Origin: Felis catus
Lineage: Eukaryota
Length of the DNA stretch: 64,000 bases
Direction: 5' to 3'
Assembly (NCBI RefSeq): GCF_018350175.1
Contig: NC_058368.1
Location: 60,514,001-60,578,000, forward strand
How positions within the stretch are numbered: position 1 is the first letter of the stretch; every line of letters begins with the position of its first letter. Shown in pieces: positions 25,664 to 38,710 of the stretch. The notes below the pieces were generated by a model. That model was given only the letters and a program-made list of their open reading frames with translations. It searched no databases and had not been told where the DNA came from. The translations under genes and the position numbers were made by a program.

Positions 25664-26859
25664 AAAACAAAGTTATTTTTCTGATTTCATGTGTGTTAAT
25701 ATTTTCATACACCCACATATAGATTAGATGTAGATGTAGATATGTAGATAGGTATAGATATAGATAGATATCATGCATAAAACTGATAATTATTGACAAT
25801 TACTTCAATTCTCTCTCTCTTTTTTAATCTACACAAGATATTACTGCCATTAATCACTGTTTTGTCCTCCAATGAGCATAGACCTTTCTGTTATTTCTCT
25901 TTCTAGGCACCTAACTGATAATAGTTAAAATACATCTCACAAGATTTTGCTGTCTGTCAACATCATTACGAAAAGCACATGATTCTGTCAACATTCACTG
26001 AGCCTCTGTGGACTCAGGAACAAATGCTATTGTGGCAGAATGTGTATCTCTGTGTGTATCTTTGAGGAGACAATGATAACTATAGTTTTGAGAACAAGGC
26101 GCAAGAAAAAGAGAGGACAACTCAAGCATGATAAGGGCAAGTGAACTGCTTTAAAAGGATAATCAGAAGATGCAAATCTTAGTATTTTCTAGTTCCCCTA
26201 TGAAAACTGGAGACATAAAACTTCCAAAAGTAATCTTCCAGACTGCCAATTAGATTGAGGATTATTTGGTAACCTTAATTTTGGTACATCTTCCTGGAGA
26301 CATGAGGTAACAGATGAAGTGGGAGTTTGAGGGTAGGATAAAAACAGAATTCTGCAAATTTCTTCTGGGCACAAGATTACAAGACACAATGATCTTTGTC
26401 ACTGCCTGAGGCCCAGATCTTCTTGGCCAAATATTATTCCAGAAAACTGTGAGGCAATGGCTTTTGTGATTGTTTTGAGCTTGTGGCCAAGTGGTGTTGT
26501 ACTTAGTAATGAACAGACATCCTCAACACTGCTTCCGGCACTCATGTCTGCTACTCAGAAAAATGGAGAAGCTACTTCAGAAATTTTTGTTGTGTCTATG
26601 AAGAACACATCCTTGAAAGTAACATGCATTACCAAATTGAAACTGTGGATGTTTAGATTAACTTCAGAATACTACATCCATCATATTTTGCTATCAATGT
26701 TTTCATCCTGGGGTCTCAAGCAGGGTCTCTTGTCCTTGATTTATTAACAAAAGAAAACAAATAAAAATCCCAGCCCAAAGAACCACTTCCTTTTGGTTGC
26801 TACTGTGGAATATAGAGTTGATTTCAACTATGCCTAAAAATGCATACTATTTCATATAT

Positions 26860-26880
26860 TTTTCAAGTTGATTTATTCAT

Positions 26881-26937
<57 letters not shown>

Positions 26938-27096
26938 ATGAGCAGAGGAGGGGCAGAGAGAAAGAGAAGAGACAGAGAGAGAATCCCAAGCAGGCTCAGT
27001 GATGACAGTGCAGGGCTTGAACTCAGGAACTGTGAGATCATGACTTGAGCCAGGATCCAGATTGGGATGCTTAACCGATTGAGCCACTCAGCACCC
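26860..27096 (-). mobile_element. CanSINE
   Basis: Long (GA)n; TSD ACTATTTCATAT on both sides. Confidence 0.93.
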
Positions 27097-27113
27097 TGAC
27101 TATTTCATATTTT

Positions 27114-27218
27114 TAAGTTACTTACATAAGTACACCTCTTTATTGTCAATTTAAGTTACTTACATAAGTACACCTCTTTATAAGTACTTACATAAGTACA
27201 CCTCTTTATTGTCAATTT
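27114..27218. repeat. Local tandem triplication (units of 38, 29 and 38 bp)
   Basis: TAAGT(T)ACTTACATAAGTACACCTCTTTA at 27114, 27152 and 27181. Confidence 0.95.
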
Positions 27219-27432
27219 CTTTAAAAAAATTTTTTTTAATGTTTTATTTATTTTTGAGACAGAGAGAGACAGCATGAGCAGGGGAGGGGCAGAGACAGAG
27301 GGAGACACAGAATCCGAAGCAGGCTCTGAGCTGTCAGCACAGAACCCGATGTGGGGCTCGAACTCACAGACCGTGAGATTATGACCTGAGTGGAAGTCGG
27401 ATGCTTAACTGACTGAGCCACCTAGGCACCCC
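27219..27432 (-). mobile_element. CanSINE
   Basis: TSD CCTCTTTATTGTCAATTT at 27201-27218 and 27431-27448. Confidence 0.96.
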
Positions 27433-27597
27433 TCTTTATTGTCAATTTGAGAGACTTCTGGGATAGAAGAAATACAAATCACATTGTTCTTACTTTCCTT
27501 CCCTACTATTAAGGAGGGTGATGGGGCTGCTTGCCTCTCAGCATATCTGCCAATGCTAGTTTACAATGGAAATTATGGTAAACTAACAAAAGTTATG

Positions 27598-28144
27598 CAG
27601 ATGGTCCCTGACTTACAACAATAGTTCAACTCACGATTTTTTGTTTTGGGTTTTTTTGTTTTTGTTTTTGTTTTTGTTTGTCTTTGTGATGGTGCAAAAG
27701 CCATACACATTCAGTAGAAGACATACCTGCAATTTTGAATTTGGATCTTCTTCTAAGCCAGCAATAGGTGATACAATCCTCTCTCACAACACTGGGCAGG
27801 GGCAGTGAACCTCAGCTCCCAGTCAGCCATGTCATCAAGTGGGTCTACGACCTGTACCACTGACCACCATTCTGTACCCATACAACCATTCTGCTTTTTA
27901 CTTTTAGTACAGTATTCAACACATTACGTGAGATTTTCATCATTTTATTAGAAAATAGTCTTTGAGTTGGAGGATTTTGCACAACTGTAGGCTAATGTAA
28001 GTGTTCTGATTCCATTTAAGGTAGGCTGTGCTAGGCTAGAATGTTTGGTAGGCTATGTGTAGTAAACACATTTTGACTTGTGCTTTTTTCAACTTATGGT
28101 GGGTTTATCAGGATGTAACTTCATTGTAAGCCAATAAAGATCTG
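27598..28144. mobile_element. Tigger5/MER47-like TcMar-Tigger non-autonomous element
   Basis: Begins CAGATGGTCCCTGACTTACAA, ends TTGTAAGCCAATAAAGATCTG followed by TA; internal GATGGTGCAAAAGC...TTCAGTAGAA and GTAGGCTAATGTAAGTGTTCTGA. Confidence 0.85.
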
Positions 28145-30943
28145 TACTAGTTATTTTGCAAAATCAAGATAGAAAATGCAGAATGCAGAAGTGTTGCATA
28201 ATGTATGGAAAAATCTCCATTATGTACAAGTACTCTGTTTTAAGAGGTTCGAATCCAATTATAATAATCCAGAGTTCTTAGAGAATTTCATCAGAAAAAT
28301 GTAAACCTCTGTCAAAAATCTTTGAAAAGCAAGGTGTTAGGATGGAACACTGTGAAATAATTGTGTTGTGATGAAAGCTCTTGTTAATGGACCCCTTTCT
28401 GAGTTTGCCCTTTTGCTGAAGGCACACACAATTTTTGCCATTATCCCACAATGTATTATGGAGTGTAAGTCACAACTTGGTGTTAGTTAAAGTTTATAGT
28501 TCCAAGACTTATCTAATTTTGTTTAAAATTAGATTTCAAATATTCAGATGCAAATGACAAAGCATGTTGATAGCATTGCCCTTTAGCTCTAGTTATTATG
28601 CTAAGGAAACAAGACATCAAAAAAGCAATTGCTTTGAGTAGAGAGGAAAATACACTGGAAATCTAGTCTGTGGCCTCTTTTTAAAATACATATTACAAAA
28701 ACACTATTAAAATTATTAAAATTATATAGAAAAGAGAATAATGCATAGTATGCCAAGCAACCTTAACATATGACATATATAGAATAATGCATGTTTTAAT
28801 CGATGCATTTTTATTTTGTTTTCTAGTAGAGTGTTTTGATAGTATGACAAAGAGGTGCCACTATTTGCTGATTTATTTACTAAGGCTCTGTATAAATAAA
28901 CAAAGCCATAATTGAGAGAGTTATCTGCAGTCCATGAGTTTACATGCAAAATTCTTCAATTGGTTAGGTACAGTGAGATGGCAACCCAAATAACTGATTT
29001 CTTGGTTCAATTATGTACTTGATAACAATGGAATATCTATTGTGAGAAAGTTATAAATTCTCTCCATTTGCAAGTCTAATTTTAGGTTAATTTTAAAATT
29101 AGGTCCAATTTTAGGTCAAAGTTGATATTTAATCATGATGCCTAGGAAAGTTTTAGTTTAAATGGTAGGGAATACAGAGGTGATTCAGAGTCAACTCCAA
29201 AGATAGTTTATACTAATTTGAGTTGGGCCATCAGGCTGAATGGGACTAGGAAGGTCAGGATGTGTACTCTGACCCCACTGAATGCCCAGAGGACCCTGGA
29301 GCAATTCTCACGTTATTACCCAGGGCAAGATACAAGCTCAAGGCTGATTGCTAATTGTTCTGGGTGTCTAACCTTTTACAATATTTCACATGTGCCCCAT
29401 AAGGTGTCAACAAAGTGAACTTGCTTCAGAATTGCTGTGAAATCAACAGGCATTTGGACCTCTGAATTAAGTTCCTGTTGGATTGTCAGCATTGTAAGTA
29501 TAAAAGAAGATCTTTAGTCTATAATAGCAACCAGAAGAAAGTGACTCTTTTCGTTGGAGGGGTGGTGGTGGGGGGGCGTTGGTGGGAATGTGTTCATGTG
29601 CTGAAATAAATCAAGGACAAGCAAGCCCTGCTTGAAGCGTCAGGGTTAAAAACACTGATATAGAGCAAAATATGATGGACAAAGTATTCTGAAGTTAATC
29701 TACTCAACTGTAACATTTACAACTCATCGGAGCATTGATTGCCACTACCCACAGATCATTCTCAACAAGCTCTCTATTCTTCATATCAGCTTCCTATAGA
29801 TCAGTAAATTTAGAACTACGTTTTATCCCTGCTTAAGATCATATGCTCTCACTTTCCCTCATGAGGATCCTCTTACAAGATTTTGTTACAAGAAGACCAG
29901 AAATATCATGATTTCCAACGATATAATCTTCAAAACAAATGAAAATATAACTCGTACAAAAATTATAATAACGTATGTCTCCTTTAATAAAGATTTTGAA
30001 GTGTTTTACCTCACAAAGTAGGCATCTAAAAAATGCCAGTTACGAAAAGTATGATTGTTAACCATAACAAAGATAAATTACTTTGAACAACTTTCACTGA
30101 TTTATGGAATCTGAAAGATAGCCTTGAGAGTACATAATTCTATAGTTATTGTTAGAAGGAAAAAAGCATAAATCACAAGGGCCGTATAAATATAATGTTA
30201 AAAATAATCTAAAAAATATGAACATAAAAGCAAATAAACATTAGTAATATGGTTTGTACCTGGAAATGGAATTGTATCATAATTCAATGTCACAGATATA
30301 GATTACAAACAAGAGCTGTTTTGATGAGTCACATTTCACTTAGTGAGTGTTGTTTTCTTTAATATTCTGTAGCCAAAAAGATTCTCAGCCTTATGTGTTT
30401 TCATTATTCATGAGACATTACATATAACCATATTTGCTCTATTGTTTTAGAACATTACTGTCTTGTTACAAGAGATCAATTTTATATAAACATTTGAACA
30501 TATCAGCATTATCAGTAATAACGCAGGTTTAATAAAAATGATGATCTTTGAAGACAGGATATGGAAACTAAATAATCTCTATCATTAAAGAAATTCTCTG
30601 CTTACTAAGGACTTAATGAGACTGATGTCTTGATTAGTAGTGTGAGATCTAGATGAGAATAGTGTGAGATGCCGTGAAACGGCAGCATAATTAACTATAT
30701 AACTTGAATTAAAATATATAGAAGATTTATTCAATGAAAGACATTTAATCCATATAGCAGTAGAGATTAAAATATATTTTGAAGTGAAGATTTATTTATA
30801 AGATGAAAATTAATTTTTAAAGGCAACTAAAAGATTTCAGTGTTTACCAGGGGATTGTGAGTATTCTGGGGAAAAAAAGACAAAAGTTTTGAAAATGCAT
30901 TCCATAGGGAAGTCCTGGAAGACTGGGCTGCATTATCTTTTCT

Positions 30944-31030
30944 TTCCTTTCCTCTCCTTTCCTCTCCTTTCCTCTCCTTTCCTCTCTTTTCCTTCCCTTC
31001 CCTTCCCTTCCCTTTTTTTAATTTTTTTTT

Positions 31031-31072
<42 letters not shown>

Positions 31073-31220
31073 AAGTGCAGAAGGTGGGGAGTGGGGAGAG
31101 ATAATCTCAAGCAGGCTTTGCACTGTCAGATGTGGGGTTCAGTCCTACGAGCCGTGAAGTCATGACCTGAGCCGAAAACAAGAGTCAGACACTTAACCCA
31201 CTGAGCCACCCAGGTGCCCC
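30944..31220 (-). mobile_element. CanSINE with a tail extended by a purine pentamer/decamer repeat
   Basis: 16-bp TSD CTGCATTATCTTTTCT at 30928-30943 and 31220-31235 encloses (CCTTTCCTCT)n plus the SINE. Confidence 0.93.
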
Positions 31221-31589
31221 TGCATTATCTTTTCTAATAGCAGAAAGCTACCAAGCAGTATGTGCAATTAAGATTTTTAAACATAGTTTAATTTTTAAAA
31301 TATTTAAAACTACCAAGGGCATAAATTTAAAAGCCTAATTTTATCCTGGGAGCAGTGGTAAATTGGGGATACAACACATACCAACAGTTCTTTTCTCTTC
31401 TTTCAATTTCTTGTGCACCCAGGAAAAATGTATTTACATTATGTTTTCAAAACCCACTTTTACATGTGTTTTTCTGAATTATCCATACAAGAACACTCAA
31501 GGGAAGAGTAACTCCGCCACCAATCAAACAATGAAATTTATGCTGGGAGCAGTGAAGTGTGGAATGAGTGAAACTCGGTGTGGTCTAGG

Positions 31590-31915
31590 AACAAGAACAT
31601 CCACAGATGTTAGGATCCTCCAAGTTTAAATTTAAGATTCTGTTGTTTACTTTCTGTGACACTTTAGGCAAGCTGTTGAACTTCTCCTTTGGAGCTGACA
31701 TGAAATTTAGATATAATATATGCAAATATGCCTTCTCAGACACTCCAAAAATGGCAACTACTGATTTACTCTAATTCCAAATCCATCACTGCCTTATTGT
31801 GTGACCTTAGGAAAGCTGCCTTGTTTTCAATTCTGCAGTGGTAAGCAATACCCACCTTAAATGATGTGGTGAGGATTATGTATGGTGATGTGTCTGAGCA
31901 TGTCTGGCACAGAAA
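31590..31915 (+). mobile_element. MIR fragments
   Basis: TGTGTGACCTTAGGAAAG...GTGGTGAGGATTATG...TCTGGCACAGA. Confidence 0.6.
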
Positions 31916-34900
31916 CTGTGATATCCTTTTCCTGCTCCTTCATCTCTTTGCCTACTTAAAGTTCATAATCAAGAATTCCGTCCTCTCTAAGGCACTGCTT
32001 CTTTTCATTTTGTCTTTAATCACTAAGAAATGAGGCTAAAACTAGGAAATCTGAGTGGCTTAAACAAATCTATTACAGAATAAATCACTTTCTTGTTACT
32101 CTATGTTTTCTGGAAGCATTTTGTGTTAGAACAGGAAATAAAATACTAATTAGGACAATTGAGTTCAGGTTTCCCCCTGCCTCTGCCTTTAATCTTAATG
32201 TATACACTTGACAGGTTACATATTTTCTTGGATTAGGGGAATCTGTTTCCAAAACTGTTAAAATGCATTGATTAAAATGGATGATCTTTAAGACTTATTG
32301 CACTTCTAATTTCTATATTATCATCAAATCAATCTCCACATCAGTCGATATCTATTTTCCTCTTCTCTGCTATTGTTAACTTCTCACCTGATAACACTGT
32401 CCTTAGTTTTGTTAGCTTGAATGATACAATTCTGATGTTAATGAAACCGCAATTGTGATTTTTAACCTTGCACAGACCCATGAGTTTTGCTCCATTCCAG
32501 AAGCTACCACTAATGTATCCTTTAATTAGAGAGACAGGCCTATAAAATATGGATGGGTCAGCAAAAACTCATTCCCAACTCTGGAAAAACAATTTAAAGT
32601 GCACACTCTGCTAATACTGTTATCACTTATGTAGGACTGTTGTATACTCATTGTGAACAACACACATTTCTCATTGTTGTGCTCTGTAATCTTCAGAATC
32701 TGACTCTTTAAGTAGTATTCTTCATGAATATAACAATAAAATAGCGAGGATATCCTACTGCATACACATAAACATATCTAGTATCTAAACATATTTGTTA
32801 TATAAGGAATATTGATTATTGAATGTGTTCATAAAATGGCCTATGTATCAGATATAATAAATTTGTTGCTTTTCCTCACTGTTTATAACTTAATGAGCAG
32901 AGATAATTTGCTTCTTTGACCAATTTCAACACAAAAGAATTGATTTGAATTTCAAGCATACACTGAGAACATAAATATTATTTGATGGTTATTATTAATA
33001 ACACTTCTCAAGAAGTAATAATAATAATTATTAATGTTCAGACAAAGGTAGACTAATTCTATGTGATGAAAATTATAGGATTGATTCTTGGTCCCATTTT
33101 AATACAATTTGGTGAATTTGAATATTCTGTGACTTAATTTGAGTCTTTTGTATTCAGAAGATTCAAAATGTAATTAACTGCTTGTGTACTTCACTAAGGT
33201 TCCAATGTCAGAAAAAGATAGATAACAAGATGACTAATGCTATTTAGCCTACGATTAATGTGAGAATTTTCCAGGCAAATCAGTGACCAGGAATGAAAAG
33301 TTTCTATATTTTAGAAACTTTGCCATGATAAAGCAAAAACTCTCGATTAGGAGCTTCCATATTGTTTGTAGATACAACCCATATCCCAATTTTTGTTAAG
33401 TTTTATGAGTAGAAAAAAAAATGTTAAATTTTCATTAGCAAATGAATGTCAAATAAATCAATGCCAAATTTCTATCTGTGCACTCTGCTGAAATAGTATC
33501 AAAGGGTGCCACCAAAAGTAAATTAGAGAGTAAAGGAATAATAGAACATATTTTCAATTATTTAATACAGTAATTGGTATTTCTTGGAACTGTTAAAATA
33601 TCCCATGTTTTTAACAGACTCTGTACTGTGTTGAATATAAACAAAATAAGAATAAAATAAAACATATTCAGTGTTTCCACACAAAAACACTCATAAATTA
33701 TTCTATTAGTTTTGGATAGTGCATACATAGATATATAAATTTCCAATACATTGAATAACATATTTTATGCATATCAGGACTGCTGGTTGTTTTGATAATT
33801 AGAGAGAAATTAAATGTGTTGGGCCAATTAAGGATTAGCTTAAAATAATATAATTGAATATAAATTCAAAGTAAACTATTAGTATAATGATGTACTTTCT
33901 ATTTTTTTACTTTCCCTTTTATCTTTTATGGCAGCTTTCTCAGAGGACACTGCTCACACTATTTATTAACTTTTGGAGGTTCAACAAAGCAAACTAAACA
34001 GTTTAGGGGCCATTCTTGTATTATTGGGGTGTATCTCAGCACAGTTGTATAGAGTTGAATTGATATTATTAACTAAACATATTAAAATTCAATTGTAAAT
34101 GGCTCCAGTGATGTACTTAAAATTAGTTATATTAAAGTTCAATGAATCAATCGTTTGTGTTATAATTATATGTATATAAGTGTATACATGTAATATACAT
34201 ATTTGCATATATATACTAATTAAACATGTATAAAAACAATGGTTATAGTATATAGTATACGTTTAATAAATATTTGTTTAAATAATTAATGCATCAGTGG
34301 AAGGTTGTATTAAGCCAGCATAAGTGACAATGTTAAGTATGCTAGAAAGGAAAATGTATGTGTCTTATTCTCTTTTACTTTATCAAAATATGAAAAATTT
34401 TAAGACAGTTTTCAAGGTTAACTTATTAACATGACTAGAAATTCAAATAGTGACTACATGGTTCAAAGAAAAAAGATAAATTTCTAACCACAAAAATTTA
34501 ACCAACTGTAAGAACGTCTTCCGTACCAATGCATGTTTAACTGAGAATTACATATATACATATTAAATCAGAATCTTAATTTAAATTTAAATATATAAAT
34601 ATCGTCAATTTAAATTAAATCTATAAATAGCTTTTATTAATTTAATACCTAAAGTAATAAACAATTGAAGTTTCTCTCTGAATTTTGATTATCTGAATAT
34701 GTAATTTATCAAAATGAGAAGGCAATGATTGTAACTGATGGCTTATAATTCTTTAATGGCTACTATCTATTAAAAATATATAAATATAAAAGATAGTGAC
34801 TTTGGGAATACTTAATCTCTAGAGTGTCTGCTTACTCTGCAATAAGATATCATATACTCATGAATTTGTAATCCAAATTGGTATTTCTGTATACAAATTT

Positions 34901-35451
34901 GACACTTTCATAAATAATTTAGTTTTCCTAGTCTTATAGATACAGAATCATTTGCACAATATGGAATATAAATCTATTTCCTGGCACTATCACTTGATGT
35001 TAGATTTTCTAATTTGATTCCCAGAAAAGGATACATTTTCATAATATTCTTGGCTTATTTATGAGATAATAATTGTGCTGATAAATCGTTGCCCCATGTG
35101 TGTCACTATATGTAAGAAAAGACCTCTAAAACAATATAGATTTATATTTTTCTAATTCATAACTCACGAAGAATAAATCCCTCATATGTTTGGGTTTTTT
35201 TCTCTAGGATTTCATAAGATTAGGGGTTCTTGATGCACCTAGTAGGAAAATCCCATTTTGCCTTATTTTATTATAATAACTGGTCTGTGTTATTAATCAT
35301 ACACATCTTCATAACCCAGGCTCCTAGTAACAATTGAGGTTGCTAGAAGATGAATGAACTGATGGTGAATGAACTGATGCAATGAATAATAAGTTTCAAA
35401 GGAAAGGAAAAGGCTAGGTTATGGTTCCCTTAAGTATGATGTGTAGATCCA

Positions 35452-35937
35452 GGTATTAGTTATCTATTGACATAGTAATAATAATTGTGTATATATTTGT
35501 ATGTGTGTGTCCAAGGAAACCATAGAACTCAGTGGCTTAAAGCAATACACATTTTTTCATTCGTGGGGTATGCAGGTCAATAATTTGGGCTGATTCACTT
35601 GCATAGCTTTTCTGATCTCTCCTGAGCTCATTTGCATGTAAACACTTGATTGTCTAATAAGGTCTTGAGATGACTAGGCCATATGTCTTTTATCCTCCAG
35701 TAAGCTAACTGGGCATATTCTCGTGTGAGGAGTGAAAGCAAAGGTACAAACGAAAAATCTCAAAATTCAAGTCCACCTGAGAGTATTTGAATTATGGTCC
35801 CCAGCATTCCAATGGCCTTAAACACATGTCATGTTGGAACCCAAAGTCAGGATGAAAGGAAACAACAAAGCTACATAACAGTATGGAACCAGGAACTAGT
35901 CAACAATTGGGACTGGTAATGCTATCAGCCTACCACA
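35452..35937 (-). mobile_element. MaLR LTR (MLT1H-like)
   Basis: GTATTAGTTTATCTATTG...AACTCAGTGGCTTAAAGCAA...TCCTCCAGTAAGCTAACTGGGC...CCTACCACA. Confidence 0.7.
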
Positions 35938-36125
35938 GTCTTCTAAGATTTTAATTAAGATAGGATAAAATCCTGTGAGTAAGGTGGCCAAGGATATGTA
36001 TAGGGGAAGGCTCTAATCATTGTAGTCAAAACACAATTGAAAGAATTTGTAAATTTTTTGATTGTGAAGGGTCAGGGTGACTGTTAACTAAAAGATGTTT
36101 TTGAAGTTTCATTTATGGGGGTAGT

Positions 36126-36815
36126 AGTATTCATTTCCAACAGCTATTCAAACAAAGTACTACAACCAGGTTGGCTTAACCAGGAACAACTTTTTCTCTC
36201 CCAGTTCTAGATCCTAGAATTCCAGAATCAAGGCATCATCAGAGCCATACTTCTTCTGAAACGCTCAGGAGAAATCCTTCCTTGCCTCCTCTAGTTTCTG
36301 GCGTTCCTTGCCTTGTAGATGCATCACTCAAATCTGTCTGTGTTGTCACAGAGCTGTGTCTCCCTGTGTACTCACTCTCTTCACACAGGGTTCCCTTGGT
36401 ACGTGTTTGCCCAAATTTGTCTCTTCTTTTCAGGACACCGGTCATATTGGATTAAGGGCCCATCCTACTCCAGTGTGACCTCATCCTAACTAATCATATC
36501 TGCAATGACCCTCTTTTTTTGTAATTAAAAAAATTTTTAATATTTATTTCTGAGAGAGAGAGACAGAGCGTGAGGGGAAGAGGGCAGATAGAGAGGGAGA
36601 CACAGAATCTGAAACAGGCTCCAGGCTCTGAGCTGACAGCCCGATGCGGGGCTCGAACTCATGAACCCTGAGATCATGACCTGAGCCGAAGTCGGACGCT
36701 CAACTGACTGAGCCACCCAGACACTCTCTTTCCAAATAAAATCACATCCTGTCATACTGGGGGTTAGGATTTCAATATATCTTTGTTGGGGGGGGGGCAT
36801 AGTTTAATGCATAAA
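36126..36815 (-). mobile_element. MaLR LTR (MLT1B/C-like), interrupted by a SINE
   Basis: AACAAAGTACTACAA...CAGTTCTAGA...GGACACCGGTCATATTGGATTAAGGGCCCA...GGGGTTAGGATTTCAATATATCTTT. Confidence 0.85.
36515..36724 (-). mobile_element. CanSINE nested in the MLT1 LTR
   Basis: Antisense SINE; short CTCTTT duplication; LTR resumes at TTCCAAATAAAATCACAT. Confidence 0.93.
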
Positions 36816-37927
36816 AATAATGATATTAAGCAAAACAAAGTATTGATGGCAAAAAAAAATATTGAGAGAAGACATGAGGAAAAGATGAGTTTGGATCAGT
36901 ATTCTGAAACTAAGCTTTCAGAATAATATCCAGTTTAGAAATACAGAAAACATTTAAAAATGCAAGATTAATTAGAGATGAGGTTGGTCTGGAGAGAGAA
37001 ATATGAAACTTTTGCCAAGGCAAAGGTTTTCCATGTGGATCCGACAATAAGCCAAAAGACTAATATGAGAGAGTAGGAACACAAATCTAGAAAGAAGTCC
37101 AGAGAAGCATGAAGAGATAGGAAAAAAATATAAAAGTATGTATTATAATAAAATTGGGAAGAAAGTGTTTTACTTAGCCAGGTAAACTCAAATACAGTAT
37201 CTGAATAGACTAAACCTTAGAGATTGTTCAAGGCGAGCCTAGCAACACTCAAACCTAGTATAATCCTAATTATTCATTTTTTAAAAGTGTCTAAAATTTT
37301 TAAACTTGAAATGATCATTTCTACCAAATTAAGGAATATTCCCTTTATGAATTTTAGAATTTATGCAACAGTACTTAAATAATTTCATCAAGGAGTTTCA
37401 GCTAAAATCTTGTAAATAACATTTATCTGCTTCAAGGAAGGATCTTGAAGGATCAGGAGTAAAGGAAGCCAAGTTAATTTATTCTGATTATAGAATTCTA
37501 GCTCATAGAACATATGGCAAATTTTGAAAATTAAAGTAAATATTCCCTTGAAATGCCTAGTTTTAGTGAAGTATGCATCGGAACTGGAATTGAAAATAAC
37601 AGATAAAAATGAAATACATTTCATTCTGCTTTTAAGGAAAAGCAAAAGTTTGGAAGGCAGTAACCTTTTTCTGAATTGTTCCAACATTTCCTCGTGGCTG
37701 TTCTATCACCGGGAAGCAGATTACTCAGGGGAAAGGAGAGCGCCAGATTTGAAGCTGGAATATAAATATTAAGTCTAAATCCTGGAAATACTTTAAAAAA
37801 CAAGCGACTAATTAAAGAGAAACCTAGGTGAGAAAAAGAATGTCAATTGCTCAAATGCCCACCTCCGGAAGTGAATAGTTTTTACACCCTGTCTTTTCCA
37901 AAGTACTCCTTGAAGATGTTAAGAACT

Positions 37928-37950
37928 GGGGGGGGGGGGGGGGGGGGGGG
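37928..37950 (+). repeat. Poly-G homopolymer (G23)
   Basis: Direct count. Confidence 0.95.
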
Positions 37951-38518
37951 TGTTATTCCTAGCAATTCTCTTTGGAACATTAGGCACTGAAAATACGGCA
38001 TTAAGAGATTAAAAGGAGTAATGATGCCAATGTTATTTTTTTAAACCTAAAAAGGAATTCAGTAGTATTTAGTGGAAAAGCATGAGATTAACAGGCTGGG
38101 GAACTAACGAGTTACCTAATTTGGTGCAACTTAATCTCCCACTTAATAGCTAAAAACTCAAAACCTGCTTACACTATTGTTACAAAACATGGTGGAATGA
38201 TGTATATGAAGTGCTTGATAGTAGCAATTCAACAACTTTTAGATTTTACCTTTTAACTGAAAAATATCAAGTCTCTGCATACTCCTTTTGCAACAAATAA
38301 GATAAAGTTCTAAAACCTAATCTGTAACCTATTTTTGTGTACACTTAATTACAAAAGTAGGTAGAAAGGTCCTAAGCCTTTATTTGGTTAATTTATGTTA
38401 TATTATGCTTTAGTTTGCTTTTTATCTCCCAAGAATTTATTTAGAACTCCCATGCTCCTAGGATTCCACCTGCCCTTTTATAACCAGATTTTCCATGATA
38501 GATGCAATTTTTATGTGT

Positions 38519-38710
38519 TCCTTTCCATCTTGTGTTCATGTTAGAGTTTAGGTATTCTTAAGTATGGCTTTGAAAGCCAAAACCGGTTCTTCTATTAAGT
38601 GATTATATTTATATCCTTTCCATTTTGTGTTTGTATTAGAGCTTTGGTATTCTTAAGTATGGCTTCGAAAGCCCAAAAAGTTCTTATATTAAGTCATTAT
38701 ATTTCTAGCC
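38519..38710. repeat. Diverged ~95-bp tandem duplication
   Basis: TCCTTTCCAT..TGTGTT..TTAGAG..GGTATTCTTAAGTATGGCTT.GAAAGCC...TATTAAGT.ATTATATTT at 38519 and 38614. Confidence 0.92.

Noticed and set aside
25880..26090. Strong-looking + strand splice acceptor TTTCTCTTTCTAG at ~25906
   Set aside because: Stops in all three frames shortly downstream and no clear donor.
27114..27218. CRISPR-like ~30-38-bp direct repeats
   Set aside because: Head-to-tail with no unique spacers, no cas genes, mammalian context.
37388..37803. Three overlapping ORFs on both strands
   Set aside because: AT-rich, Leu/Lys/Phe-biased chance ORFs with no recognisable homology.
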